The translations under genes were made by a program, and so were the position numbers. A stretch of DNA of 63,751 bases, the filler included, from Sphacelaria rigidula (taxonomy: Eukaryota): assembly GCA_964200075.2 (NCBI GenBank). It is 8 parts of 8 records of this genome, joined end to end, with 100 filler letters (N's around TTAATTAATTAA, not from the genome) between each part and the next. Parts side by side here need not be neighbours in the genome. Positions count along the whole stretch, not along the records: positions 23,947 to 31,827 come from CAXNAA020013113.1; positions 31,928 to 39,808 come from CAXNAA020013114.1; 6 more parts are not named here. One strand, given 5' to 3'. A model generated the notes under the pieces. That model was given only the letters and a program-made list of their open reading frames with translations. It did not search any database and was not told where the DNA came from. Shown one piece after another: positions 26,625 through 39,664 of this stretch. Position 1 is the stretch's first letter. Every line of letters begins with the position of its first letter.

Positions 26625-26990
26625 GGTCACCCCGGTGGCTCAGTCGGTAACCTCGAAACCTGCTGACAGTTAGGTCGTGGGTCCGATTCTCAGAGCGATC
26701 TGGGATTTTTTCTCACACCATGCCCAACAGTGGAGAGCGACTACGTCGTGGGTACATGAATTCCGACTTAACGATCGACGAGGGAAAGGGACTGCTGAAC
26801 CCCTCTCGCGATGAAAAATGAAGGCAAGCACTGCAGAAGGAAGGTGGGGTATTGAACACAAATGAAAAGATGAAAAAAAGCTCCTGTGTCGACCTTCCTC
26901 CTGTGTGACCCCGGCTGGTGCGCCTACATATACCGAAAGGTGTGGACTGGCGTCCAGAATAGATGGGACGACAACACACAAACACACACA
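26625..26990 (+). mobile_element. Full-length tRNA-derived SINE
   Basis: Head ggtcaccccggtggctcagtcggtaacc..ggtccgattc, conserved body, acaacacacaaacacacac tail. Confidence 0.9.
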
Positions 26991-27010
26991 CCGATCGACC
27001 GAGAACATAC

Positions 27011-29073
27011 CTGTGCTAGGCCATCGCTCTCTACACTGTACCTGATGCGGCACATCGCGCGCAAGGAAGCCTACGCACCAGCTTCAACCATGGCGCCCAC
27101 ACATTCGGCTCTTTTCCCGCTCATTTGCCGTTCACGGACGCCACAACGACCACGCCCCTTTCTCCCCAGATATGGTTCCCGAGTCTCTCCGCATCGACAC
27201 AATAACTGGAGTCACAATCACAGCGCGTCGTTCATTCGTGATCCCGGCGGTTGTAAGTCACCCAGGCCGTCCCGTTGCGATCTCGGGGCTGGTGTCAGCG
27301 GGTCAAACTAGGCTATTCACAACGGGCGGTTGTCGGTTGTCGCATAATTGATGGTTGGTTCAACCAACGGATACAGTACTGGCTGTCACGCATATAGAAA
27401 TAGGAACAGAACAGTAATAGCGGACAGTACTACAGTGCAGGGTATGGTACGCCCAACGAAAACACTCGCGGAACACACCCATCTCCCCTATCGCGACCGT
27501 GGATAGCTATCACCAACGGCCAGCGAGAAGCTCGAATTGTGTCCGCCTCAGATGTGCAAATGACTGCAAGCTGCAAAAAAAGGCAGGACTACTCTACCGT
27601 TTGGTATTTTGTTTGGTTAGACCTTATCGGATTGCAGTGCTACGTGGATTGGAAGACGGGCACTGATTTGCCGATTACCACGATGTGTCATGGCAATAGG
27701 CTAGTCACCGGGAGTTGGGCTACAAATGTTCATGGTTGACACGAGTATTGCTACTCCTACCCCTAACCCTAACCCCAACCCCAACCCAACGAAAACCGAG
27801 AACTCTCGGGCAAGGGTGGTACATAGCATTCCCTCGGCATTCCCTCGGCAACGTGCGGCCTTTGTAGACCCAAATCGGCTCCTGTGGCGCCGACTTCAAC
27901 GAAAACGCGTTCTGCGCAAGCCAGGAGCACACGCGACTGTCAGCTGTACTAAAGATCCGATTCTCGTTGTACACACTCTAATCAAGCAATATCAACCGTG
28001 GCCATTTGTACCCCAACGCCGGTTAACTCTACTGGCACAACTCGCGACATATCGCCAGTTAGAACGGACTGAAGTAAAGTGAGCTTCTTAGGCGGCCCCT
28101 CCATGACTACATCATGGTAGTAGCGCAGAAGAGGGGAAGAAGTTGGGTGACGTGATGTTCGGGTTATTTGAGCAGTTTGAAGTACTATTACGGCGGATAT
28201 CGGCTGTATATGTAGTAGGCGTTTCGAAGTACGCGTGTCATGTGCAGTAGGTTTTATTCCATTCGCATATTGGTGTTGTGTTCCAATTTGGCGCGCTCCG
28301 CCTGGGCCCCGGCCCCTTACAACTTTCAGCTACCCAGTCACTGTCGCTTAGCTACCTAATAGCAGCGCCTAATAACAAAAGCTATCAGCCACCACTTGGA
28401 GACATCTCGCTTGCAAGCAAGTCAAGAATACTTCGCTGCACGTGAGAGGGAATCTATGTTTTGCATTCTGATGCAGTGCTGGTTTGAACTCAAGGATCTG
28501 TGAGCCACGAGCTGGAGAACTACTCCACTCGACTGCAGTTTTTCCATTGCGGCCAGCCGCTTGCTTCTTGCAACCCCTGGCCTGGTGTGTTCCTTGAGAG
28601 TGATGCCCGCGTCACCTCGTGGCCAGACCACAACAGTACTCCCAAGAACGATTCACGCGGGCTCGGTGGAGTGTGCGTGCGTTCAGCGACTATTTATTGA
28701 GGGCGGGGGCTCTTGGTATCCATCCCCATCGTGGGTGCTGGAAAGCACTCACAAGAGGCTAAAATCGTTTTAAACTAAGTTGACCCTGACACTAGCCCCG
28801 AGATCGCAACGGGACGGCCTGGGTGACTTACAACCGCCGGGATCACGAATGAACGACGCGCTGTGATTGTGACTCCAGTTATTGTGTCGATGCGGAGAGA
28901 CTCGGGAGCCATTTCCGGGGAGAAAGGGGCGTGGTCGTTGTGGCGTCCATAAACAGCAAATGAGTGGGAAAAGAGCCGAATGTGTGGGCGCCATGGTTGA
29001 AGTTGGCGCGTAGGCTTCCTTGCGCGCGATGTGCCGCATCAGGTACAGTGTAGAGAGCGATGGCCTAGCACAG
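27011..29073. mobile_element. ~2.06-kb non-autonomous element with ~300-bp terminal inverted repeats
   Basis: 27011-27311 and ~28775-29073 are highly similar reverse complements; ORFs 26886..27311(+) and 28770..29120(-) share near-identical peptide text. Confidence 0.85.
27696..28032. mobile_element. MITE nested in the long-TIR element, containing telomere-like CCCTAA/CCCCAA repeats
   Basis: TIR-like ends agtcaccgggagttgggctacaaatgttcatggttga / tcaaccgtggccatttgtaccccaacgccggttaact; TGGCA on both sides; flanks rejoin to match 38080-38220. Confidence 0.65.
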
Positions 29074-29440
29074 AACAGCGGATCCCGGAAAATGGGGTTG
29101 ATCTCTAAAATGAGGTTCAAGTGGCATATCTTTTTTGCAGGGATGACGCATAACAGTTACACATTGCGAAACCATATTTCCCCTCAAAAGTCTACAGCAG
29201 TGAAGCAGTTGTGGCTAGGTGCACCGAACGAATGCGGTGTACACGCGTCGATGATGATATCACCGGAGAGAGAAGCAACGTGTGAGAGGAAGCCCCCCCC
29301 CCGTGTCCTTTGTGTGTCCTCGCTCGGCAATTACCAATCGCTCGAGAGACTGGCATCACGCATGTGCCGGTAGGCATGTTATTATATTGCTGCGCATAGC
29401 CCCCGACAGAACACACAATGGCTGCGTGAACACCTCGGTA

Positions 29441-31210
29441 CAGTAGCTTTCCAGAACTATTTCCTATGTGAGGAGGTCATGCATTACGAGCTGGGGCGAG
29501 ATATGACCCCACGAGGAACGAGAGTGCTCTATGATCAACCACTTGTTGCATTTGACACCCACGCCATCAACCGCCAACCGCAAAGGTCTTGTGGCTTTCA
29601 AGCAACTCTGGTGGCAGTATGGCAGGCAAATCCGATCATGGCTAGCCTTCGTTGCTCTATTATACTGACTGATGTCTGAACAAAGGTCACCCACCGTAAC
29701 AACATGTACCGAATTTCGCAACAGCTGTAGAAACAAAACATTTCAGTTTTCTCAAATACATCCACATGATTGAAAGGACTCTTGCACAGGCACCGTAGGT
29801 AAGATACCGTACCGAGCGCACGCCCAGTAATTACCGGGGTATCCCATACCGTGAGATGCGTAGGTACCGTAGGTATGACATTTGAAAATATCTGATTGGG
29901 CGGGTACGGCAGGTATTGAAATCTCGAAATACCCTGGTATCGTGGGTATCGTCGGTATTAGTTTTGAAAATACCGGATTTGGCAGGTACGGTATGTATTG
30001 AAATATCGAAATACCTACGATACCAGAGTATTTCGAGATTTCAATACCTACCGTATCCGCCCAATGCGGTATTTTCAAAACTCATACCTACGATACCCAC
30101 GCATACCGCGGTATAGGATACCCCGGCAAATACCGGGGGTACGCTCGGTACGGTACCTTACCTACGGTGCCTGTGAAAACTTCGGTTGCCCAACTTGCAC
30201 CGAGATCTGAAACGCTTCGCACTGCCAGATGACAGTTTTGAATTCGGTATCGAGGGTAAGGCAGGTACCCGGTACCGGTATTTGGGACATCTAGTACCCT
30301 ATCGATATCGATCCAATCCGGTATTTTCGAAACGAATACCTACGATACCCAAAATACCAGGGTATTGTAGGTATTAGTTTTGAAAATACCGCATTGGGCG
30401 GGTATGGTAGGTATTGAAATCTCGAAATACCCTGGTATCGCAGGTATCGTAGGTATTAGCTTTGAAAAAACCGGATTGGGTCGGTATCGGTAGGGTATGA
30501 GATGTCCCATATACCGGGTATCGGGTACCTACCTTACCTACGGTGCCTGTGGACTCTTGTTACCTGAGGAAGGGTGGCTTTCCCGTCCCCCCGCCAGGTA
30601 TGAAAGAACGACGACAGAGTTCTCGCAAGCGCATGTAAAACTCACGGGGGACGGAGAGTTTCTCCTCTATGAAAATCTGCGCTTTCCCACCTGCAAACTG
30701 TTTCACGCACGGTACTTTCTAGCAGCGCTCAGCTGTCAATTTCTGTTCAGTTCTGTACTGATTGCCGTATGTCAATGCCAGCAAAGTTTGGTATTGCTGT
30801 TCCACAGTATCTTCGCACGCTCGACCGGACCCAAAGCCGCCACTTTCCCTCAGGTAACAAGAGTCCTTTCAATCATGTGGACGTAGTTGAGAAAATCGAA
30901 CGGTTTTGTTTCTACAGCAGTTGCGAAATTCGGTACATGTTATTACGGTGGGTGACCTCTGTTCAGACGGCAGTCAGTACAGTAGAGCAACGAAATCTAG
31001 CTATGATCGGGTTTGCCTGCCATATTGCCGCCAGCGTTGTTTGAAAGCCACAAGACATTTGCGGTTGGTGGTTGATGGCGTGGGTGTCAAATGCAACGGC
31101 AAGTGGTTGTGTTTGATCATAGAGCACTCTCGTTCCTCGTGGGGTCATATCTCACCCCAGCTTGTAATGCATGACGTCCTCACATAGGAAATAGTTCTGG
31201 GAAGCTACTG
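29441..31210. mobile_element. Long-TIR (~360 bp) foldback element with Tc1/mariner-like termini; related fragment at ~5443-5570
   Basis: ta|CAGTAGCTT..AAGCTACTG|tt; 29441-29784 plus 30560-30580 is complementary to ~30838-31210. Confidence 0.85.
29785..30551. mobile_element. TIR element with 8-bp TSD (hAT/P-type) inserted in the left arm of 29441-31210; extra right end at 30175
   Basis: TSD GACTCTTG (29777-29784, 30552-30559); TIRs cacaggcaccgtaggtaag / cttacctacggtgcctgtg; ggtat/atacc subrepeats. Confidence 0.88.
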
Positions 31211-31927
31211 TTATTGGTGGGAATGAAGGTCTTATCGACTAAAAATCTGTTGTCAACAAAAGAAACATGAACGCGGAGGGGTATTGAAGACGTATGGAAG
31301 ACGTCATTGACTGGTCGGACCTCTGCCGAACCTCTGCCGAACCTCTGCCAAACAGAACACACGCTCCATCCGAAGTTACCTAGGTTTAGTATGCGACAGC
31401 TGCAATTTTTTCATCGCATAGGTCTCGAGACAGGAAGCAACCCGGCCTGTGGCACTTGACAGCCCCCCGCACACACACTAGATCTATTCAGTGCCGCGGC
31501 GGATTTGCTCAATTCGCCTCAGCGGATCCGGAAAGCCCCCGAACGTCGAAGAAAACGCGTTTCTTAGTACATTTTTGCGGTCTGCGAATTGCCGCTGGCT
31601 CCGCGGCACGCGTTACGGAATGCCGCCGCACCACTGAATAGGTTTGGGGTGTGGGAGGTGCATGCATCAAGCGGCAGTCCAGTCCTCTGCTTCGTTGCCG
31701 AGATATCTGCGTCGAAAGATAAGCACAACAGCATACTGCAACGAGAAGGGCACAACAACAACATGAAACAGTGTTTTCGTGAGATTGAGAGTAGATGATA
31801 CGATGGAGAGTGAAAAGCGGTCAATCANNNNNNNNNNNNNNNNNNNNNNNNNNNNNNNNNNNNNNNNNNNNTTAATTAATTAANNNNNNNNNNNNNNNNN
31901 NNNNNNNNNNNNNNNNNNNNNNNNNNN

Positions 31928-32877
31928 GTCGGTACTCGTACGTCACCCCGACCCCGGTTCTACGGAGATCCAGCCTTTCTAGGTATCTGAATCATTCGAA
32001 CATGGTCGCCCCTTGTGATTCATTGCGACAGCCCTCGCCACGGCCGCGGATGCCTGTGTTAGCTCTACCTCCGCGCCCGCCGCATATCCTGCATGCTTCT
32101 TGATTGCTGCGGCCAATTGCAGCGGCGTTATGGTATGCTTTTCATGGAATCTTCTCGCGAAGACGCGTTAGAGGGGGGTAGGTACGAGTTGCGCCATGAA
32201 AACCAACTGATTCCTTACCGCACCCCCCGTATTCGCATGCTCCACCCTCTTCTTGTATTCCACCTATTTCGTGTAGAACGAACGAGAAGCACACTCAGCA
32301 TACAAATTCCCGTAACTGGGCGGCTGCAACTCTTCCCTTTGAACGGCTGGGGTTACAGTCGTCTCCGCTGGCTCTATTGCCGGTACCTCGGTAGTCGACA
32401 TTCCCGAGCGGACAATCGAAGATTTCTGGACCTTCTCGAACTCACAATTCACACCTGCCTTCTTCGCCGCTCCACACAGCCCTGGGGTCCTACCAACACC
32501 CGCTGCACGCAGCTCCAGCAAGTCTCCAGTCTGGGTCAATCACGGGCCAGCCGCCTTTGCAGCTACCTCAGCTTGAAACCACCTCACGCATCCGTGAAGC
32601 TCTATGCCCGAAGCTATCACAAGCTGTCCAGACTCCCTGCTGAAATTTTCCAGTAGTCTCTAACGATAGCACAAACCAGCACGACTAGCACTCCTAGCAC
32701 TAATAATTTGTTGTCAGCCTCACAACACCTTTTATTATTCCCTGAGTAAACAGCTGCAGACCCGTACCGTCAGGCCTGGGCTGCACAGTAAGGGTCATTA
32801 TCCACAGGATGCCCTTGTCCCCTGGTCATCATCCAGGATCCACTATATACTCAATGTGACGGCGTGATTTCGTCACA
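31928..32877 (-). mobile_element. Ty3/gypsy 5' LTR, leader and gag fragment; same family as 59785-63686
   Basis: Starts TGTGACGAAAT; LQPPSYGNLYAECASRSFYTK and QLAAAIKKHAG..EVELTQAS match gag at ~60410-60720. Confidence 0.85.
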
Positions 32878-33949
32878 GATCGGATCATCTGAATTCCCCA
32901 AAAGTGTTCTTCACCTAGGACCCCAACATGTCGGCTATCAGGACCCGAATTTGTATGGAGTGTAGTAGTTGCCAATAGCTACAAGTAGGTGAAGGAGTGG
33001 AACTGCATTTTGAAGATTTGGTGTGGATACGAAGATTTTTTTTCTCCGGGCTCTCATCCTCGATAAGAATCCATCCCCAATTTGTAAAATCCCGTGTTTA
33101 TTAACTGCATTTATTTGGTCCATTTGAAGAATCGAACTCCCAGTACCAAGACTTGGTGTGGAGTAATGAGATCTTACTGAACAATAACCAGATATTGGGT
33201 TGAGTGTCGTGATCGCATCTTACGAAACGCAATACTTGGGTAGAGGGTGGAAATCGGACAATCGCAACACAAAAAATCGAGAGAGTGAATATCCTGGTGT
33301 TTACCCTTATCAACACATGGCTGAAATTTGATTAGTTTCGAACGCAAGCGTGAGAATTACCCGCTGCTCGGTGTACTCAGCTTTCCTCGTTTTGGTTTGC
33401 ATATATATATGTGGATTTGCCTCCTCAAACCAAACAGTGTTGTTGTTGGGTGGCAGGGGGGTTATCGCGGCATCAATCTTGCGGGGATTCTTTTTTTAAC
33501 GTTGAAACGTGCGGCACAGTCAAAGATCCAAACTTGGCATAGCTTGTGGGTAGACATGGGACCACTCAGGTGTGGGTGATACAACTGCTGCTGCGTTGAC
33601 ACGAGCGGCCGGTGAGAGAACAATCACATGAAGTCCTCCATGCGTCATGTTGCGGCAATCTGTTCTACAGAACACTTTCTCCGGTGCAAGCATGCGCACG
33701 GATTCGGATAATGAATTTCGACACGGAAAGACTCCGAGATTTTCTTTCCCCCCCCCCCTCCTGCCCGCTCCACCTCGAAAGGGGTGCATGGTCAATGGCC
33801 AAACGTCTACGGTAAGGGACAAATGAGCCGTCACTGGTCCAATGGGTAAACAGTTCGCTTCCTGGACGTGTTGCAGCTACAGCGTGCGTTTGCCCAGGTG
33901 GCGTACGCAAGAGTGAAATGCCGCCTCCGCCGCTGTAATGGCTGCCCAC

Positions 33950-34062
33950 CGAGGAAAACTCCTGTGTTGGTCTTCCTCCTGTGCCCCTGGCTGGTGCACC
34001 CACATACACCGAAAGGTGGAGACCGGCGCCCACAAAAATTGGTATGACAACACACACAACAC
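33950..34062 (+). mobile_element. 3' fragment of the tRNA-derived SINE
   Basis: aaactcctgtgttggtcttcctcctgtg..catacaccgaaaggtggagaccggcgcc..gacaacacacac. Confidence 0.7.
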
Positions 34063-35820
34063 ACTGTGCGCAGTACACTTTTATCATCGTATTCGTACCG
34101 ACTGTAGAAATCTTCGTCCAGTGATTTCCACATGTAATGTTACTCAGTGAGATCGTGAAAAAATTCAAACATCTGAGGTGAGCTGCAGGTGAGGCAACCG
34201 CAAAAATCTTGACCTGCAAACCCTGCTCTAGTGCACTTCAAGTTGACATCGGTAGAAGGACAAAACCATACCCACGTTGCCGGCTGCCATACTGTTTGAG
34301 CGTGAGATCCCCTATAGCAACGACGTATTCGTAAGAGAGATAGTACATAGCTGATTGAGAGTGGGTTCCATCATTCCCTTCAACATTGTCATTTTTCCAT
34401 TTCGTGTGTGCTTTCTTTCGCCCGTATCACTGGCATGTGTCTACCTGTAGGGATATCAAAGGCTTCAGTGGCGAGCTACTCCAGAAAAAACATCGGACCT
34501 CGTGGAGGGTCATTTCGGAACTGAAACGATTAAGTACTAGTTGTTGCCCGCTTTTCACCCTCAACCGCATCCGCTACTCTGTATCTCACCGAAACATTGT
34601 TTAGCTTTGCTCCTGTCTGTACGAGGATGTTGTCATCTTGTCGAGTACATGGGGAATAAGGGTCCGTAGCAGAACGCAGTGGTCGCGTTATGCAGCTGCA
34701 CGCTGGACGTTCTCACTCAGGACTTCGATGATGTGGAGAACGAGACTACGTACGCAGGAGCAACTGCTGTGTGTCCAGGTGCCGCTCGAAGCAAGATGCG
34801 TTTGTTTTTTGCTTGACAAAGGGGTCCTAGAGTGAATATGTGGCAAAAAAATGGGACAGTAGCGAAACGCCGGTAGGTCGAATTTTTACACACACTGGAC
34901 AATATATAGTCGATAGATGCAATGGACGAGAAGTGCACTGCATAAAGTGTAGGCCTATTGCGACTATTGCCGACCGATATTAGTCGCAGTAGGCCTATAC
35001 TTTACGCATTACGTTTCTCGTATATTGCAACGATCAACCATATTATGTTGTCCGAGGTGTGAATTTTTTACGCGGAGCAGAAACCAGTTTCACCACGTGA
35101 AATGGGAATGTAAGGGTGAAAGTATTTTCCTGCGCGCGCCTTCTCTCTTCCTCTGCATGATTTTGTTTCCCAGTTTGCTTCGTTCGTTCCTTCATTTTTT
35201 TTGCGTCTGTTTTCTTCATCTCGATTGCGTCCATACCGTGACCACAGCTCGATCCCTCACAGATCAGTTTCATCATGACCCGTGCGTAGTGCACGAATCA
35301 TTCCTCCCCTTGAATAACACTCCCGACTGATCGAAAAACGTTGATATTGGGGCACCATGTCGGGGTCTACACTAACGTACTGTATCAGGTTACGGAGCAC
35401 AGTATACGACCCCCCCCCCCCCTGCCCATCCCCCAGTACCACCTCCGGGCAATGACTTTTCGGATCGTCCAATGTTTTCACCCGAGGTTGTGCAGAAAAT
35501 AGTTCGTTTTCCACCGGTGGGTGGAAACGACGCACCCAACCTCATCACACGTAAGCAGTTTCAGAAGCGAGTCGGAGAGTCATTTCATTGCGGGATTTTC
35601 ATAGTGAATGAAATTATTCATTTTCGGGTGCAACGGGCATCAATCGCCGCCGCTACCGTTTCAGCCGCGCACGCTCACCATGTGTAAGTTCCCACGCTCC
35701 CAGGAGATTTTATCCCCCGACCCACTCAAACGGCGGTACAAAGTGTGGATCTTTATATCTGCCAAACTCTGTCCGTGGAACCACGTATAACCTGAGACAA
35801 ACACGATTCGGACCTTTCTA

Positions 35821-36158
35821 CTCCCATGGGAGCGGAACCACACATAACTCGGGGACCGTCTGAGTCAGCACCGCATCACTTCTGGCACGCCGTATTCAGT
35901 GCGCTCACTCTCCTCCCGGCTTATGTACACTGTGCACTGCAGTCCACAGTCAAGCTATGAGGGACTGCACCGGAGACGATCAAAAGATTGAGATATTGCC
36001 CTCCCATAGGAGCGATGTCACAAATGACCCGTGGACCGTTCGGCTCAGGACCGCACCACTGCTGGCACGCCATTTTTAGTGCGCTCACTCCCCCCCCGAC
36101 TCTTGCACACCGCGCACCTCAGTCCACAATCAAGCCGTGAAGGGCGACACGTCGGAGT
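35821..36158. repeat. Diverged direct repeat with a 180-bp period (two units)
   Basis: ctcccat(g/a)ggagcg..ctggcacgcc..agtgcgctcactc..cagtccaca..tcaagc at 35821 and 36001. Confidence 0.85.
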
Positions 36159-36694
36159 CTCGTGCTTCAATGTTCAGTCATTAGCTCATCTGGCGAAAAA
36201 ATCCTAGACCCAACGCGAGTGAGCAAGCCAGGCGTAGTTTTGGTTTAGGTAACATGCGAAAAAATCTCAGGACCGCTGCGCATGACGGGAACAGTGATCA
36301 GCGAATCGATCGCAGGGTCTCGTCAAGCGGTCGTACAACTCACCCACCGACTCATCCACAGCACAGACAAAAAACAGCTGCGGACCCGACAAAATGAGGA
36401 CGTATTCTTCGACGACCATCATGATATATACCTCTCCTCCCTGCCCTGCTCAGGGGGAAAAAAACGCCCGACATATTTCGTTAGTCGTGAGAAACGTTCC
36501 CGCTTTGCCCACCGGAGCCGGACCACAATGCGGCCCCCCCACCCCCCCCCCAGAAAAAAAGAGGAGCAGTGGGGGGAAAATACATCAAAATGCCATCTTG
36601 TCCACGCGCGCTCCCCTCCGTCCCCCCACTCTGCTTTGGGCCCCCCCCCCGAGAAGCGTGTGTGCCAAGATTTCCTGAGCAAAATTTCGCGTAT

Positions 36695-36757
36695 TTACTT
36701 CTTGTAGGTGCCGAGGCTGGCCTTCAGGCGGGAGTTCTCCTCGATCAACGCCATGTT
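36695..36757 (-). CDS. Probable terminal exon of a host gene (NMALIEENSRLKASLGTYKK*), coiled-coil-like
   Basis: Minus-strand acceptor ctggttttccCAG, 21 codons with GC-rich third positions, TAA stop. Confidence 0.6.
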   Translation of the reverse strand, partial: NMALIEENSRLKASLGTYKK

Positions 36758-36795
36758 CTGGGAAAACCAGGTCAAAGAAAATACGACGTGCACGC

Positions 36796-36826
<31 letters not shown>

Positions 36827-36932
36827 AACACAGCGTTAAAAAAAAATTGTTTTCGCGTTCTTTTTATTTGGGTAAAAATNNNNNNNNNNGCCAACGCGGG
36901 GTGCGCGCGAAGCAAGGTAAGAGGAGGAAGGG

Positions 36933-36968
<36 letters not shown>

Positions 36969-37139
36969 GACAGGGGGTACACAGCGTTCAAAACAAGATG
37001 TGTTCGCGTTCCTTCTATTTGGGTATAAATTGTACCTACGCTCTCATCCCTCTATGATCTTTGTGCCCTCCCCATTCCTTCCTACTCCGGTATCAACTGC
37101 ACCTAAAGGCTGGGCCGCACAGGACGCGGACAGGGATGT

Positions 37140-37440
37140 GTACACGCGTTCAACAGCTGAGTTTCAGGTTGTTTTCTATGAAATTTCGACACGATGTACC
37201 GGATGTATGTACCAAGACGCCACATTTTCCCCCATATGTTTCTTCTTTTTCTTTTGGAAGTTCTTCACGATTTTGTTCCGAAAAAAAACTGTTCTGAAAT
37301 GTTTGGTTGACGATAACTCACGGGAAAAATAAAATAATGTAGAAGGGAGAAGGGGGCTTCTTGGTACATACATCTGTACATCGTGTCAAAAAATCGTTGA
37401 AAACGACCCGAAACTCAGCTGTTAAACCGCGTGTTTGTGT
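37140..37440. mobile_element. Foldback MITE-like inverted repeat
   Basis: acacgcgttcaacagctgagtttc..gtatgtaccaaga is complementary to tcttggtacatac..gaaactcagctgttaaaccgcgtgt; a third arm-like copy lies at ~37695-37770. Confidence 0.7.
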
Positions 37441-39664
37441 CCAAGACTGGTTCCTACGTGGAGATGAACCAGCCACGAAAAAATGGAACGCGGTTATGAT
37501 GTTGAATTTCGAGTATTTTTTCACGAAACTTCGACTCAATGCGCATGAGGTATGTTTCGAACTCCCTGTTGTTCCCCTTGAAGATAAAAACTTTTTTCTA
37601 ACGAGCTGTCGACGCTTTTGCACCAGAAAAAACTGTTCCGACAACTCGATCACCAATAACATACGAGGAAAAAAAAAGGAGGGGCAAACGGTAGGGGCTT
37701 CACATATACTCCATGTTTACCGTGTCAAAATTTCATGAAAAACAACCTCAAACTGAGCAGTGAAATCGCGTTTTTCTGCCGAGAACCGGTTCACTTGCTT
37801 CTAGAGTACAATAACCTCAGCCACAACTTTGACGTTCTCTACAAGCGCGACGCCTTGGCGCGCTGGAGGTCTCATCTGCGTGCCATTTCAGACACTGCGC
37901 ACCTACAGTTCGACATGCCTTGTTGTACAACCACACAACCACAACTAGTGCAGCACCATCACTTTGCGGCCGCGGCACAACCGCCTGTAACCCTTTTTCC
38001 CCCGTAATTCCGCCGCACATGCCAGCCTCAACTCTCTACACTTCGCAGCTGACTGCAGTTTGATATTTCGTTTGATGGCAACTTATCAGATCGCAGTGCT
38101 ACGTGAAGGGAAAGACGCGCGTTGATCTGCAGATGACCACGATGTGTCATTGTAGGCACAACTCGAGATAGATCATCAGTTAGAACCGGCTGAAGGAAAG
38201 TCCGCTTCTGAGGCGGCCCAGCCTGTACGCTTTCCAACCGCTCGGAAATTTCACTGCATATTTGGTCATCTCTTTTTGGAACTCTGGCAGTATTTTTGTT
38301 CACGTCTGGCTCATCCCTTCACCATTTGTGCAGCTCCCTACCTCAGCTATTTCCCAAACATTTCTTGTAGCTTCTTTCCGTTGACTGTTTGTTCATATGA
38401 GGCAATAATGTGTAGTTCCCATGTCCAATTTGCAGATATTTTCTTGGAATTGTTGTTTTCCCCCATATGATTGTCTTCCCGATAATAGTTCATCTACATT
38501 TGTGCAGCTTCCTACCTCGGGATATTTCTTCATAGCTCTCGTCGGTTGGGCGACAGCCTTCAATGAGTTGCTTCATTTTCTGGTATCACCTCTTCCACGG
38601 ACAATACAGGCTACATACTGCCTCATGGGTGTATGTCTCAACATTTGAACAAAACGTATTATGACCATCCCCTTTCAGCAAAGTTGAGCTTCTCCCACCC
38701 CGCAGAATGTCATCTAAAACACCTCAACCACCATCGTGGCTACGGGAAAAAACCACAAACGCTAAAAACACGGTAAGCTGGTTGCCTAGCTTACGCAGTA
38801 AGTGACGCTTTGCAGCGTCAATACCAGCCGACGCCAACCCCATAAAGGGCAATCCCTACAAAGCCGGGACGGAGCGGACGGGTTTTCACCGGACCAGTCT
38901 TATTGGGGAGAAAAAGTAATCTCTCACCAGGAATACAACTCAAATTGTTCTTTCTGCTACCTCGACCAACTGGGCGCGGGGACTACGGTATCGTGTCATT
39001 TTTTCCCACTCGTCCATGGCGGCGGCATCTTTCTTCATTACAGTCTGTACTTCAGGGTAATAGCACATCTCACATACACACAAAGAACTATTATATAAGC
39101 GCATTTCTTGTCCTTCGCGAGAGAGAGCCCCAAGTACCGATATGCCACCAACAACGAAACTCGTAAAAGCTCCCTCCACACATGCGCGGATTCACACAAC
39201 TTACAACCTCTCTGAATCTGTAAGATCGTAACGTCACATTTGTTCGTTCTACGACTGGTGGCATCAAATGCCCATCGCATGGTCAACTGCGACCCACCTA
39301 CCGCACTCCAATTTTCTAAATACTTTGTACGTAGTAATACTGGATTTTAGCAACAAACGACAGAGAAGACATCCAACGATGAGGGTGGCACGTTTGGGCC
39401 CAAATCTTCGTCATCCAGGGGTCATCGAAGTTGGTAGCCACACAAGCATACGGATCGGGACAACCCAAACAACATTCATGGTATCCCTAGCCCATTCGGG
39501 ATGCTAGTCGGATCGTACTCTCACACACCGTTCATAGACCGTCCTTGGTATGAAAAAAAAGGCTCATAACAATTCAAACCTCACAAAAATGTTTGAGCAC
39601 CCTCATCATAGCATCACTTTGATATTCTCCCGCCTCCGTCCCAACTTTACTCCGCAGGTGCAAC

